64,000 bases of DNA from Candidatus Saccharimonadota bacterium (GCA_017406745.1 JAFQXY010000012.1:4349-68348); one strand, 5' to 3'; positions 1 through 10,198 are shown, numbered from the stretch's first letter. The notes: generated from the letters alone by a model not told the origin. Program-made: numbers and translations.

Positions 1-98
1 TCAATCCTTAATAGTAGCCATTCCGAATTTAAACCACCCTATCACTAAAATAATAACATTTTTAAATTTGACATCGTTCAGAAAAAGCATAAGAAGTA

Positions 99-127
99 TT
101 GACAAAAATAAGTATATGTGCTATAAT
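99..127 (+). promoter_or_regulatory. sigma70-type promoter
   Basis: TTGACA(99-104)-17 bp-TATAAT(122-127) with extended TG; AGGAGG SD before ATG at 185. Confidence 0.8.
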
Positions 128-184
128 TAAGGTAAGAAGTACAGTTATAGCGACCAAGCTAGCACATTAACAGGAGGTTAAAAA

Positions 185-1093
185 ATGAAAATTGAAGATA
201 TCTTCTTGTCTAAAGTTGGACAAACCAAAGCAGGAAAAATCATTAAAGAATTCAAGGAGAAAGTGTTATACGTAGCGCTTTTTCCTAAATCCGAGATTAA
301 TCCCCCCAACCATCACATCGTCGCTCCAGACAAAAAAGTTACGTTGCTCTATAATCCCAAAGAGGAGAGCGAAGATTATATTTTCACATTTATCATGAAC
401 GCTCAAAAAAACATCACCGTCTTCGTCGACGGTTACGGTGTTTCTAGCACCCACGAAGGGTTAAAAGTACACTTCAACGGCAAATTGGCTGAATCATCAA
501 GAGACAATCTCTTTATGGCGCTCAGCCATGCCAAGGGCGAAAAGCCCTTTGGCACGAGAAATCTCGCATTCACCCCTTTCGAAGACAAATCAAAGGGCTG
601 GAAAAGCCGGATTGCTAACGGCAAAACAATGTGGGTGCCGCAAGGGATCCCCACCCGCTTCCAAGCGGAAGCCAAGTGCATCCGCCGAGATGGCAACAAC
701 CAACCTACCGAAACTCTCTATGAGTGGCGCAGTCGGTTGATTGCACTGCTCCAAATTCAGCCCGAAGTCGAGCTGAAAGCAGCAGCAGAAGCCGTCAAGA
801 AGGCCGAAGAAGCCCTCAGAGAAGCCAAATACAAGCTTGAAGAGGCTCAACGCGCCGCCAAAGAAGCAGAAAAAAACTGGGGTTGGGACGACCCCGAATC
901 CGTCCACAAAGCCGAAGCAACCCTCAACGATTGTCTCTACGACTATGGATGTGATGTCCAGAAAAAAGATATCGTAGAGCACTACAATGGTGACTATATC
1001 GCCATAATAATTGAGGAGTGGTGTAAAAAAGGTCGTTTCATCTTCAAAAAAGATGGAACCCTGGTTGATTATCAACCGGGAGCTATCGAATAA
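185..1093 (+). CDS. hypothetical protein with Ala/Glu/Lys-rich coiled coil
   Basis: 302 aa ORF with own promoter, SD and terminator; no recognisable family. Confidence 0.75.
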   Translation: MKIEDIFLSKVGQTKAGKIIKEFKEKVLYVALFPKSEINPPNHHIVAPDKKVTLLYNPKEESEDYIFTFIMNAQKNITVFVDGYGVSSTHEGLKVHFNGKLAESSRDNLFMALSHAKGEKPFGTRNLAFTPFEDKSKGWKSRIANGKTMWVPQGIPTRFQAEAKCIRRDGNNQPTETLYEWRSRLIALLQIQPEVELKAAAEAVKKAEEALREAKYKLEEAQRAAKEAEKNWGWDDPESVHKAEATLNDCLYDYGCDVQKKDIVEHYNGDYIAIIIEEWCKKGRFIFKKDGTLVDYQPGAIE

Positions 1094-1099
1094 CCTCCC

Positions 1100-1132
1100 A
1101 AATCCCCCATGCAGCCAGTATGGGGGATTTTT
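1100..1132. terminator. intrinsic terminator between convergent genes
   Basis: AAATCCCCCAT-9 nt-ATGGGGGATTT plus T run. Confidence 0.75.
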
Positions 1133-1389
1133 CATAAGTCCAAATTATCCGGCAAAAACAGATTACCTCCCCAATATCTCTTCCCTATATCTCTTAGGGC
1201 TATTTTTGTTTCATCTGAAATTCCCTGTTCCTTTAAAGGCTTAGCGCGATTATACACAAAAGTACTTTCCGAATTGCAATTTCTATGTAGATAATTAACT
1301 AATTCATCTGGTAACAAAACATAATATTCCTTTGGTATGTACCGCAGTATTTCAATCAACTCATCACAAGTCTTACTAGAATAATCCAT
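1132..1389 (-). CDS. small hypothetical protein
   Basis: AAGGTGA SD before ATG at 1389 (alternative GTG at 1398); last gene of the prfB run. Confidence 0.65.
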   Translation of the reverse strand: MDYSSKTCDELIEILRYIPKEYYVLLPDELVNYLHRNCNSESTFVYNRAKPLKEQGISDETKIALRDIGKRYWGGNLFLPDNLDL

Positions 1390-1394
1390 TAATA

Positions 1395-1724
1395 TCACCT
1401 TTCTCTTGCCATTTCTTTTACTTCTTCCATAGACACAATGCCTCGTTCGACCCTAGTAGCAGTGTCATCTATTGAATCAATCATACGCTCAAGACCAGCA
1501 AAATCCACCTTCTTGCGGTATTTTTTCGGCAACCTCTTAAGATACTTCCTAAATTGTAGTAAACTTCTAAAATCTCGTTTTTTATCTTCAAAAATATCAC
1601 CCACCCCATCATCATCGCCTACTATAATAGACGCAAACATCCGAGCATTCTCATCTGGAGTGTATTCGTCAAAATATGCCTGTGCAATACCATCAATAAA
1701 CTCCCTTTCAGTTCTCAATAGCAA
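1395..1724 (-). CDS. hypothetical protein
   Basis: 109 aa ORF packed between prfB and the next ORF with a 4-bp overlap. Confidence 0.6.
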   Translation of the reverse strand: MLLRTEREFIDGIAQAYFDEYTPDENARMFASIIVGDDDGVGDIFEDKKRDFRSLLQFRKYLKRLPKKYRKKVDFAGLERMIDSIDDTATRVERGIVSMEEVKEMARER

Positions 1725-1741
1725 CCATTACCCGCACCCCT

Positions 1742-2812
1742 CTATCCTTCCAAATAAGCCTCAATAAACCCCCCAATCTTTCCATCCAGCACCCCATCTA
1801 CATCACTCGTCTCATACCCAGTTCGTGTATCTTTCACCAATCTATACGGTTGCAACACATAATTCCGTATCTGTTGCCCCCAACCTGCTGATTCGCCCGC
1901 CCTAAGCTCAGACAAATTCGAAGCGTGCTGTTCCATCTGCATCTGCACCAACTTACCCCGCAATATTTCCATCGCCTTCTCTTTATTCTGGTGTTGCGAC
2001 CGCTCATTCTGAATCGCCACCACCGTCCCCGTTGGCAAATGCGTAATTCGTACCGCCGAATCCGTTGTGTTTACCCCCTGCCCGCCATGCCCGCCAGCAT
2101 GGTATACATCTATACGCAAATCCTTATCATCTATCGCCACTTCATCTGGCACTGATATCACCGGCAACACCTCCACCAGCGCAAATGATGTCTGTCGCTT
2201 CTGATCCGCATTAAACGGCGACAACCTCACCAGCCGATGCACCCCATGTTCAGATTTCAACCGCCCATAAGCATTAGTACCTGAAACCTCGTACACCGCT
2301 GTTTTTATTCCAGCCTCCTCTCCTTCTATTCGCTCTAGAAGCACTGCAGATAACCCCTGTTTTTCGCAAAACCTCAAATACATCCGCTCTAACATCCCTG
2401 CCCAGTCCATCGCCTCTACACCACCAGCACCAGATGTAATCCTAAGAATCGCCCCACTACCATCATACGGCCCCGTAAAACGTAGCGCCTTCTTAAGTTC
2501 CGCAAATTGCCCCTCCATCGCCGCAATTTGCCCAGCAAATTCTTCTTTCATCTCATCATCAGACAATATTATCAATTCTTGCAAATCAGCAATCTGTGTC
2601 TTTAATAATTCGTAAGGCTCCACTTCACCAGAAAGCCTCGCTAATTCTTGATTTTTTTCCGTAGCCAGTTTCACGTCTCGCCAAATTTCCGGCTCCGCTA
2701 CTTCTCTTTCTAGCTCAGCTACCTTTTCCAACTTTTCTTCTATCTTTAATGTTTTATATACCTTAAAAAAATCTTCAGACAACTCATCCAATTTTTTCTC
2801 TAAATCCTGCAT
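1742..2812 (-). CDS. prfB: peptide chain release factor 2
   Basis: GGQ motif, SPF peptide anticodon (RLSPF), GxQIRxY; start placed 6 nt after TGCTATAAT. Confidence 0.95.
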   Translation of the reverse strand: MQDLEKKLDELSEDFFKVYKTLKIEEKLEKVAELEREVAEPEIWRDVKLATEKNQELARLSGEVEPYELLKTQIADLQELIILSDDEMKEEFAGQIAAMEGQFAELKKALRFTGPYDGSGAILRITSGAGGVEAMDWAGMLERMYLRFCEKQGLSAVLLERIEGEEAGIKTAVYEVSGTNAYGRLKSEHGVHRLVRLSPFNADQKRQTSFALVEVLPVISVPDEVAIDDKDLRIDVYHAGGHGGQGVNTTDSAVRITHLPTGTVVAIQNERSQHQNKEKAMEILRGKLVQMQMEQHASNLSELRAGESAGWGQQIRNYVLQPYRLVKDTRTGYETSDVDGVLDGKIGGFIEAYLEG

Positions 2813-2857
2813 AAAACCATTATAGCACACCTTACCCACAAGAGATTAATATGAGCC

Positions 2858-3361
2858 TTATTGCATCAATCCCCATATTGCAATCCCTGTAGCCACCGAC
2901 ACGTTAAACGACTCTTTTTGCCCTTTCATTGGTATCTCCACAAACAGATCAATTATATTATGCAACGAATAATCTATACCGTGCACCTCCTCGCCCAGCA
3001 CTAATACTATTTTATCGCTCAACCTTGCCCTAAGCTCGGGATCCGACAACTTCATCAGCTTATCGCTATCAATGTTATTCTCTAGCCCCACAATCTGCCA
3101 CCCCTCTTTCTTTAGTCTTTTCAACTCTGTAATTATATCACCGCACGAATAAATATCCAGCATATCCTCCGCCCCCAGCGCAGTCTTATGGATTTCTCTA
3201 TCTAACTTTTCACGCAAATGAGGCAACAACCCATCATCATGTACTCTCGGTGTATACCCCGACAAAATCACTTTTTCCACCCCAAACCCTTCCGCCGTCC
3301 GCAAAATCGCCCCCACATTATAACAAGAACGAATATTATCAAGCACTACAATAAGATTCAT
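2858..3361 (-). CDS. TrmH/SpoU family RNA methyltransferase
   Basis: LDNIRSxxNVGAIxRTA, LGxExxG and SxNVSVA SPOUT motifs. Confidence 0.9.
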   Translation of the reverse strand: MNLIVVLDNIRSCYNVGAILRTAEGFGVEKVILSGYTPRVHDDGLLPHLREKLDREIHKTALGAEDMLDIYSCGDIITELKRLKKEGWQIVGLENNIDSDKLMKLSDPELRARLSDKIVLVLGEEVHGIDYSLHNIIDLFVEIPMKGQKESFNVSVATGIAIWGLMQ

Positions 3362-4311
3362 ACCGCCACCTCAGCCAACACCGCTCGCGCCTCCTCCACC
3401 GAATGCGTCTCCATCAACTTCGCCCTCAACTCCGAAGCCCCGGAAAAATTATTAATATAAATCTTATAAAAATGTTTCAGCGGCTCGTAAGGGTATTTTG
3501 CCACCTTTTTCCTCTGTTTTTCATATAAATCCAAATGTAGATTTAATAATTTCATTAAATCTTCCTTTGTTGGCGCATAGTCAGTAAAACAATACGGATT
3601 AGCAAACACCCCTCGCCCAATCATCAGCCCATCTACCCCTGTATTTGCCCGATATAGCTCCATCGCATGCGCTTTATTCCGAATATCGCCATTTATCACC
3701 AGCTTTGTGTCTGGACTAATCTTATCGCGCATCCGTATAATTTCCGGTATCAACTCATAATGCGCCGGCACCTTGCTCATTTCTTTCTTAGTTCTAAGAT
3801 GTATTGTCAATGCCGACGGTTTTTCACGTAATAATACTGGCAACCACTCTCGAAACTCAGCCACATCGCTCCACCCCAATCGCGTTTTTACCGACACTGG
3901 CAACCTCGTTGACCCCATCGCATTCTTTAAACACTCCACCGCCAACTCTGGCGTCTTAATCATCGCCGCCCCACCCCCAGCTTTATTTACATTTTTATCT
4001 GGACAACCAAAATTAATATCCACCCCTGCAAATCCCAACTTTTCCAAAGCCCCAGCACATTCTGCAAAATGTCCCGGATTTTTTCCCCAAATTTGCGCAA
4101 TAATCGGCTGTTCTCCCTCTCGCACCTCCAATCGCTCCAACGCATTTGCCCGCCCTTTCTCACTCGCATAACTTGATACGTTCGTAAACTCCGTAAACAA
4201 CAAATCCGGTCTCCCCGCCGCACAAATCACCTCACGAAAAACCACGTCAGTCACCCCTTCCATCGGAGCCAACACTAAAAACGGCCTTGTTAATTCTTTC
4301 CAAATGTTCAT
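3358..4311 (-). CDS. dus: tRNA-dihydrouridine synthase
   Basis: LAPMEGVTD, DINFGCP, VKTRLG, NGDI and MIGRG motifs. Confidence 0.92.
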   Translation of the reverse strand: MNIWKELTRPFLVLAPMEGVTDVVFREVICAAGRPDLLFTEFTNVSSYASEKGRANALERLEVREGEQPIIAQIWGKNPGHFAECAGALEKLGFAGVDINFGCPDKNVNKAGGGAAMIKTPELAVECLKNAMGSTRLPVSVKTRLGWSDVAEFREWLPVLLREKPSALTIHLRTKKEMSKVPAHYELIPEIIRMRDKISPDTKLVINGDIRNKAHAMELYRANTGVDGLMIGRGVFANPYCFTDYAPTKEDLMKLLNLHLDLYEKQRKKVAKYPYEPLKHFYKIYINNFSGASELRAKLMETHSVEEARAVLAEVAV

Positions 4312-4437
4312 CTTCATATTATAACATCTATTCACAAAATATCAAAATTATTGAGCCTTGTCCACACCAACACATTATAATCAAAAATTGAAATGGAATT
4401 CACTTTCATTTCAATTTTCTTACTTGCTTTCTTTGCC

Positions 4438-4478
4438 AAACTTTCTTTCTTGAAAGAAAGTTTAAGCGCTGATATAAT
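4438..4478 (+). promoter_or_regulatory. promoter with a perfect palindrome over the -35 box
   Basis: TTGAAA(4450)-17-TATAAT(4473); AAACTTTCTTTC-TT-GAAAGAAAGTTT at 4438-4463. Confidence 0.6.
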
Positions 4479-4485
4479 TAAACTA

Positions 4486-4600
4486 CTCATACTATACTTC
4501 GGTCACTGGTTATGAGAAAAGTTTACGGTTGCGGGGATTTGTCATTTGACCCGTAACTATGAGCCAATAAAATAGCGGCTCACATAAATGGCTCTAATAA
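4486..4600 (+). ncRNA. candidate structured 5' leader
   Basis: three successive stems (CTCATA/TATGAG, GTTGCGGG/CCCGTAAC, TGAGCC/GGCTCA) between promoter and SD. Confidence 0.35.
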
Positions 4601-4622
4601 ATCTAATTTAAAGGAGTCTTTT

Positions 4623-4877
4623 ATGAAAAACTTTAACAACAAAAATAAAACCGAGCAAGTTGAGGTAATGGCTCTCTTCGGCTACGAAATGACACCTTGT
4701 CAACCGCTGACCTTTCGGCGACGAGGCGAACGCGAAACCGAAGTCACCGAGCTCTTGCAAACCCACATTAGGTTTGCGGGCGAGGCAGTCCTACACATCT
4801 TTGACGTGCTCGTTGGTCGGGAAAGAATGACGCTCGAGTTTAACTCGCGCGACCTCTCCTGGCACCTCACACAATAG
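4623..4877 (+). CDS. small beta-rich hypothetical protein (DUF6504-like)
   Basis: AAGGAG SD; VEVxAxF..PxxFxxR..F.V...LxF....W pattern; followed by terminator. Confidence 0.7.
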   Translation: MKNFNNKNKTEQVEVMALFGYEMTPCQPLTFRRRGERETEVTELLQTHIRFAGEAVLHIFDVLVGRERMTLEFNSRDLSWHLTQ

Positions 4878-4881
4878 AAAC

Positions 4882-4900
4882 AGCCCCCTCGGGGGCTTTT
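4882..4900 (+). terminator. intrinsic terminator
   Basis: AGCCCCC-TC-GGGGGCT then TTT. Confidence 0.7.
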
Positions 4901-4918
4901 CTATGGTATAATCAAATT

Positions 4919-6148
4919 ATGAAAATCGCATTACTAGGCTACGGCAAAGAAGGCAAATCTGCCGAACAATATTTCAAATCACATTTTAAAAACATTAAAA
5001 TAGATATTTTCGAAAACCTCACGCCAGGAGAATTCCAACAGATAAATTATTCACCCTATGATATAATTTTACGTAGCCCCTCTATCCCCCCCATCCCCAA
5101 TCAACCTAAACTTACCAGCCTTACTCGCTACTTTTTCGACCACTGTCCTTGCCCCATCATTGGCGTTACCGCCACCAAAGGCAAAGGTACCACTTGTTCT
5201 TTTATTAAGTCGCTCTTAGATGCACACGGCGAGGACGCTTACCTCGTAGGTAACATCGGCACACCAGCCATAGAAATTCTAGATCAGCTTACTCCAAACT
5301 CCGTAGTAGTTTACGAAATGTCCAGTTTCCAGCTCTGGGATTTAACCAAATCCCCCCATATAGCCGTAGTTGGCATCATTGAGCCAGACCATCTCAATGT
5401 CCACAAAGATTTCAACGAGTACACTAGCGCCAAAGCCAACATCGCCCGCTGGCAAACCGAAAACGATTATCTAATCTACTACAGCAATAATCCCGATTCC
5501 AAGCGTATTGCCAGAGAAGGCAACGCAATCAAAATCCCCTACCCCTTCGAAGTCCCCAAAGACATCTTAGATTCCATCACCCTACCAGGCCAACACAACC
5601 AAGACAACGCCATTGCCGCCATTTCCGCCGTTGCCAGCTACAAAAATATCTCACCAAACGAATATTTAAGCGAATATTCTTCCACCGTCAAAGCTGGTTT
5701 AGCCTCTTTTCATGGTCTACCTCATCGTCTAGAGTTTCTCCGCGAACTAAATAATGTCAAATATTATGATGATAATTTCAGCACCAATATTGGTTCCACT
5801 CGTGTCGCCATCAACGCTTTCCCCAAAAACAATCTAGTAGTTATCATTGGTGGTCGCGACAAAACCGACAATGCCGATCTCCCCGAAATCTACGAAGCTC
5901 TCGCCGGAAAAAACATCAAAAACATTATCTTAATCGGCGAATCCGGCCACGAACTAGCCACTCGCTACCAAGATCCCCGTTTTGTTGTATCCGAATCTCT
6001 AGAGGAAGCCGTAAGCACCGCCAAAAAACATGCCGAACAATACACGGATAGCATCGTACTCATGTCACCTTCCGCCGCCTCATTTGATATGTTCAAAAAT
6101 GTTTATGATAGAGGTGGTCAATATAAGAAAATGGTAATGAATTTTTAA
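4919..6148 (+). CDS. murD: UDP-N-acetylmuramoylalanine--D-glutamate ligase
   Basis: TKGKGTT P-loop, GNIG, EMSSFQL, DHL, HRLE, SPxAASFDxF. Confidence 0.93.
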   Translation: MKIALLGYGKEGKSAEQYFKSHFKNIKIDIFENLTPGEFQQINYSPYDIILRSPSIPPIPNQPKLTSLTRYFFDHCPCPIIGVTATKGKGTTCSFIKSLLDAHGEDAYLVGNIGTPAIEILDQLTPNSVVVYEMSSFQLWDLTKSPHIAVVGIIEPDHLNVHKDFNEYTSAKANIARWQTENDYLIYYSNNPDSKRIAREGNAIKIPYPFEVPKDILDSITLPGQHNQDNAIAAISAVASYKNISPNEYLSEYSSTVKAGLASFHGLPHRLEFLRELNNVKYYDDNFSTNIGSTRVAINAFPKNNLVVIIGGRDKTDNADLPEIYEALAGKNIKNIILIGESGHELATRYQDPRFVVSESLEEAVSTAKKHAEQYTDSIVLMSPSAASFDMFKNVYDRGGQYKKMVMNF

Positions 6149-6168
6149 GTATGAAAACTTGTTACTAA

Positions 6169-7440
6169 TTAAAAGTTCAACTTATTCTCTAGCCCCGAAA
6201 TAAACGCCTTTTCCACGCTCGATACCGTCGCAAACGCTTTTACCCCCGACCCTGCAAATTCTCGTGCCAACTCTATCATCTGCCCTCTATCTACACCGCT
6301 AATCAATTTCGGCACGTCATCATAGCGCTCTATTACTCCATCCAAAAAATAGTTCTCTGCGTAATAATCTGCTACCTGCGCCGGCGTCTGCGCCCCCATC
6401 TGAAACCGCCCCAATGCATACATTTTCGCCGACTCAAAATCTTTTTCTGAGATTTCCCCATTTAGCGCCCGCATCATCTCTTTTTGAATCAAAGAAAACA
6501 ATTCATCCGCATTTTCTACATTTACCTCCCCATCAAAATCCCAATAAGAGTTATGCGCATTGCTTGCCACCAAACTGCCCATGCCATACACCAATCCCCG
6601 TTTTCTTGCTGTTCCAAATATCCGCGAACTCATCGTGCCGTTCAAAATATGATTCAAGCAGTTCATCGCCAAAACTTCACTCATTTCCAAATGCCTCGGC
6701 GTTACCAAAGAAAAACCAAAAGTAATATTAGATGCATCTTTTCTCCTTATCGCCACCGCACTACTAGAATGTAAATCCGCTCGCGGTATCTCAAACCTCT
6801 CCCCCTCTTTTAAGTTCCACCCCTCTAATTCATGCACAATCTTCCGCTTGCGCCCATGCAATTTACCAGCAATAATAAACAACATATTCTTCGCTGTATG
6901 CGTTCGCCGATAATGCTCTCTTATATCTTTTAGCTCAATATTAGAAATTGTTTTCAATCTTTCCTGTAAATCCAGCACATCCTCGCCCACAGCCTGTTGC
7001 ACTCTAGGCCACAGCAAACGGTAATAATCGTTCATATAACCAGTCAATTCCGAACGCACATTAGATTTTTCAGACCTCAGCTCATCTTCGTTAAAACGCG
7101 GTTCACAAATGGACACCCTCTGCAATTCCATAATCCTATCCCACTCAAAATCCGCACATTCTGTCTCATAGCACACAGATACATCCGAAGTCCACGCATT
7201 ATGATAAGCCCCATTTTTTGTAAACTCCGCTTCAAACGCCTGCTCATCACGATATTTTGCATTTGCCCCAAAAGCCAAATGCTCCACCACGTGCGGTATC
7301 TCATATACATCGTGGTTTTTAGCATATTGCATCCCCGCCCGAAATTGCACCCTAGTCGCCATCACGCTCGCACTAGGTATATCTATCAAAAGTCCCCTTG
7401 CTCCATTTTTTAATTGTATTTCTTCAACTGAATGTTTCAT
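6169..7440 (-). CDS. M16 (insulinase) family zinc peptidase
   Basis: HxxEH (HVVEH), NAWT and SSRIF..R.RGLVY motifs. Confidence 0.9.
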   Translation of the reverse strand: MKHSVEEIQLKNGARGLLIDIPSASVMATRVQFRAGMQYAKNHDVYEIPHVVEHLAFGANAKYRDEQAFEAEFTKNGAYHNAWTSDVSVCYETECADFEWDRIMELQRVSICEPRFNEDELRSEKSNVRSELTGYMNDYYRLLWPRVQQAVGEDVLDLQERLKTISNIELKDIREHYRRTHTAKNMLFIIAGKLHGRKRKIVHELEGWNLKEGERFEIPRADLHSSSAVAIRRKDASNITFGFSLVTPRHLEMSEVLAMNCLNHILNGTMSSRIFGTARKRGLVYGMGSLVASNAHNSYWDFDGEVNVENADELFSLIQKEMMRALNGEISEKDFESAKMYALGRFQMGAQTPAQVADYYAENYFLDGVIERYDDVPKLISGVDRGQMIELAREFAGSGVKAFATVSSVEKAFISGLENKLNF

Positions 7441-7486
7441 GACTATTGACTTTTTTCACAAAGTATGTTACAATAGATTTATCGGA

Positions 7487-10198
7487 TTACTTCCGCTTAG
7501 CTTTTGATTTAGATGTTTTCTTCTTAGACTTCTTGCTAGGAGTCTTTTTCTTAGCCGTATTTTTATTGCTAGATGCTACTCTCTTTACAGAGCCACTACC
7601 GGCCCCTCTCCTGGCGCCCCCATCTTTTTTAAATTCATCATCCAAGTTCTTATCGCCACGTGAAATCTCATTGACGCCTTTTTCAGTTTGCGACTCTGCC
7701 ATTTTGGTAAGCTCAGACTCATATTCTTCGCCATCCACTACATTATCTGCTCTGGCTTCTCTCGGTGTAATAGTCAAAAGAATCTTCAAAACTTCCTCCC
7801 GCAAGTTTCTCTGTAATCCATCAAACAATTTTTGCGATTCACTTCTATATTCCACTAACGGATCGCGTTGCCCCACGCTCCGCCAATGAATCCCCTCACG
7901 CAAGTGTTGCATATTCTCCAAATGTTGCATCCAGAGCATATCTAACACCTTGAGGTAAACTTCGCGCTCTACTTTACGCATTACTTCTTCGGTAAACTCT
8001 TGTTCTTTATCGCGGTAAGCCTCTTGCACTGCCGATAACGCCAACTTATACCTATCCTTTTCTTTGCGTTTTATCCCAATCTCATGAATTACATCTTTAT
8101 CAATCATTGGGAAAACCGCCCCAAACTCTTCCTCAAAGTTTTTATTTACCCTAGAGCTAAACTCTGTCAACATTTTTATTTCTTCACGCATCAAACGCTC
8201 AATCTCTGAGTGAATATCCTCACCCTCCAAGATTTTTCGCCTAATCATATAAACTACTTTACGGTGCCTGTTAATCACGTTGTCGTACTGCACCACATTT
8301 TTACGTGAATCAAAGTTAAAACCTTCAATCCGCTTTTGTGCAGCCTCCAAAGTCCTAGAAATAGCTCGCGTCTGTATAGGCATATTATCATCTACTCCTA
8401 ATCGCGTCATCAGCATTTTCACTCTATCACCTTGGAAAATCCGCATCAAATCATCCTCGCAGGATACAAAGAACTGAGTGGTGCCAGGGTCGCCCTGCCG
8501 TCCACCACGCCCCCTTAACTGATTATCTACCCGCCTAGAATCATGCCGTTCCGACCCAATCACTACCAATCCACCCAATTCTTTTACCCCCTCACCAAGC
8601 TTAATATCTGTACCACGTCCAGCCATATTCGTAGCCAAAGTAATCGCGCCTTTTTCGCCAGCTCGCGCCACTATTGCCGCCTCACGCTCATTGTTCTTTG
8701 CGTTCAAAATCTCATACGGCAAGCCATATTGATCCAAGTATCGCGCAATCTCCTCGTTATTAGCAATTGAGCCAGATCCCACCAATACTGGTTGCCCTTT
8801 TTCATGATATTTTACCACTTCATCTGCAATTGCTTTTAGTTTAGCGGACTTAGTTTTATAAATCAAATCATCTTTGTCTACACGTGCTATCGGGCGATTT
8901 GGTGGTATTTGTATTACATCTAGAGCATAAATCTGTTGAAATTCCTCCGCCTCTGTAAACGCCGTACCAGTCATGCCAGACAATTTATTGTATAATCGGA
9001 AAAAGTTCTGGAACGAAATCGTAGCAAGTGTCATAGATTCTTGTTTTACTACCACCCCCTCTTTTGCCTCAATCGCTTGATGCAACCCCTCATTATAGCG
9101 CCTCCCCTGCATCAACCGCCCAGTATGCTCATCTACAATAATCACTTCGCCAGAATTCGTTACCACATAATCTTTATCGCGCTTAAATAATACTTCTGCT
9201 CTTAGAGCCTGCTCCAAGTGGTATACCAACCGTGTATTTTTAGTAGAATACAAATTATCCACACCCAACATCTTTTGCACCTTTTCTATACCAGTATCTG
9301 TCAAAGTAACAGAACGCCTTTTTTCATCCAAAACATAATCCTCTGGCACCAATCTACTTGCCACCTTTGCAAATTGATAATAAGATTCCGGATTATCCCC
9401 AGCCGGCGCCGAAATAATCAAGGGTGTCCTTGCCTCATCAATTAAAATAGAATCCACCTCATCCACAATCGCAAAGTTTAACTCTCTCTGGCGCAAATAT
9501 TGCACCTCAGAAGTCATATTATCACGCAAATAATCAAACCCAAATTCGTTATTGGTGCCATAAGTAATATCGGCATTATAAGCTTCTTTACGCGTAGCTG
9601 GCTTCAAATGGCGAAATCTTTCATCTTCATGCTCCTCATTTTCATATTCTGGATCATATACAAAAGAAGCATTATTAATGATTACCCCTACAGATATACC
9701 CAAGAAATCATACACTGGCGCATTCCACCCTGCATCACGTTGTGCCAAATAGTCGTTCACCGTTACTACGTGTACGCCTCTGCCTGTCAAGGCATTTAGA
9801 TATGCCGGCAACATTGCCACCAACGTCTTCCCCTCACCAGTTTTCATTTCTGCCACATTGCCCCCGTGCAATACCATACCACCAATCAACTGCACATCAT
9901 AAGGGCGCATTTCCAATATCCGCCGAGAAGCCTCTCTTGCTACCGCAAACGCTTCAGGTAAAATATCATCTAATGTCTTACCTCCAGCCAAAGCTTGCTT
10001 AAACACCTCCGTCTGGCTAGCTAGCTCATTGTCATCCATTGCTTCATATTTGGGCTCTAGTTCACCTATTGCTTTGGCCTTCCGCCACAATCTCTTCAAA
10101 ACTCTTTTTTGTGCATCGCCGAAAACACCCTGCAAAAACTTTGTAAGCGCGGTCCTATCAGCCAATTTATCAGTTGGTTTTTTCTCCTTTTTTGCCAT
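7487..10198 (-). CDS. secA: preprotein translocase ATPase SecA
   Basis: MKTGEGKT, DEVDSILIDEARTPLIIS, NMAGRGTDI, QLRGRxGRQGDPG. Confidence 0.97.
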   Translation of the reverse strand: MAKKEKKPTDKLADRTALTKFLQGVFGDAQKRVLKRLWRKAKAIGELEPKYEAMDDNELASQTEVFKQALAGGKTLDDILPEAFAVAREASRRILEMRPYDVQLIGGMVLHGGNVAEMKTGEGKTLVAMLPAYLNALTGRGVHVVTVNDYLAQRDAGWNAPVYDFLGISVGVIINNASFVYDPEYENEEHEDERFRHLKPATRKEAYNADITYGTNNEFGFDYLRDNMTSEVQYLRQRELNFAIVDEVDSILIDEARTPLIISAPAGDNPESYYQFAKVASRLVPEDYVLDEKRRSVTLTDTGIEKVQKMLGVDNLYSTKNTRLVYHLEQALRAEVLFKRDKDYVVTNSGEVIIVDEHTGRLMQGRRYNEGLHQAIEAKEGVVVKQESMTLATISFQNFFRLYNKLSGMTGTAFTEAEEFQQIYALDVIQIPPNRPIARVDKDDLIYKTKSAKLKAIADEVVKYHEKGQPVLVGSGSIANNEEIARYLDQYGLPYEILNAKNNEREAAIVARAGEKGAITLATNMAGRGTDIKLGEGVKELGGLVVIGSERHDSRRVDNQLRGRGGRQGDPGTTQFFVSCEDDLMRIFQGDRVKMLMTRLGVDDNMPIQTRAISRTLEAAQKRIEGFNFDSRKNVVQYDNVINRHRKVVYMIRRKILEGEDIHSEIERLMREEIKMLTEFSSRVNKNFEEEFGAVFPMIDKDVIHEIGIKRKEKDRYKLALSAVQEAYRDKEQEFTEEVMRKVEREVYLKVLDMLWMQHLENMQHLREGIHWRSVGQRDPLVEYRSESQKLFDGLQRNLREEVLKILLTITPREARADNVVDGEEYESELTKMAESQTEKGVNEISRGDKNLDDEFKKDGGARRGAGSGSVKRVASSNKNTAKKKTPSKKSKKKTSKSKAKRK

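Noticed and set aside
7446-7889. 147-aa + strand ORF
   Set aside because: Antisense shadow of the Lys-rich SecA tail
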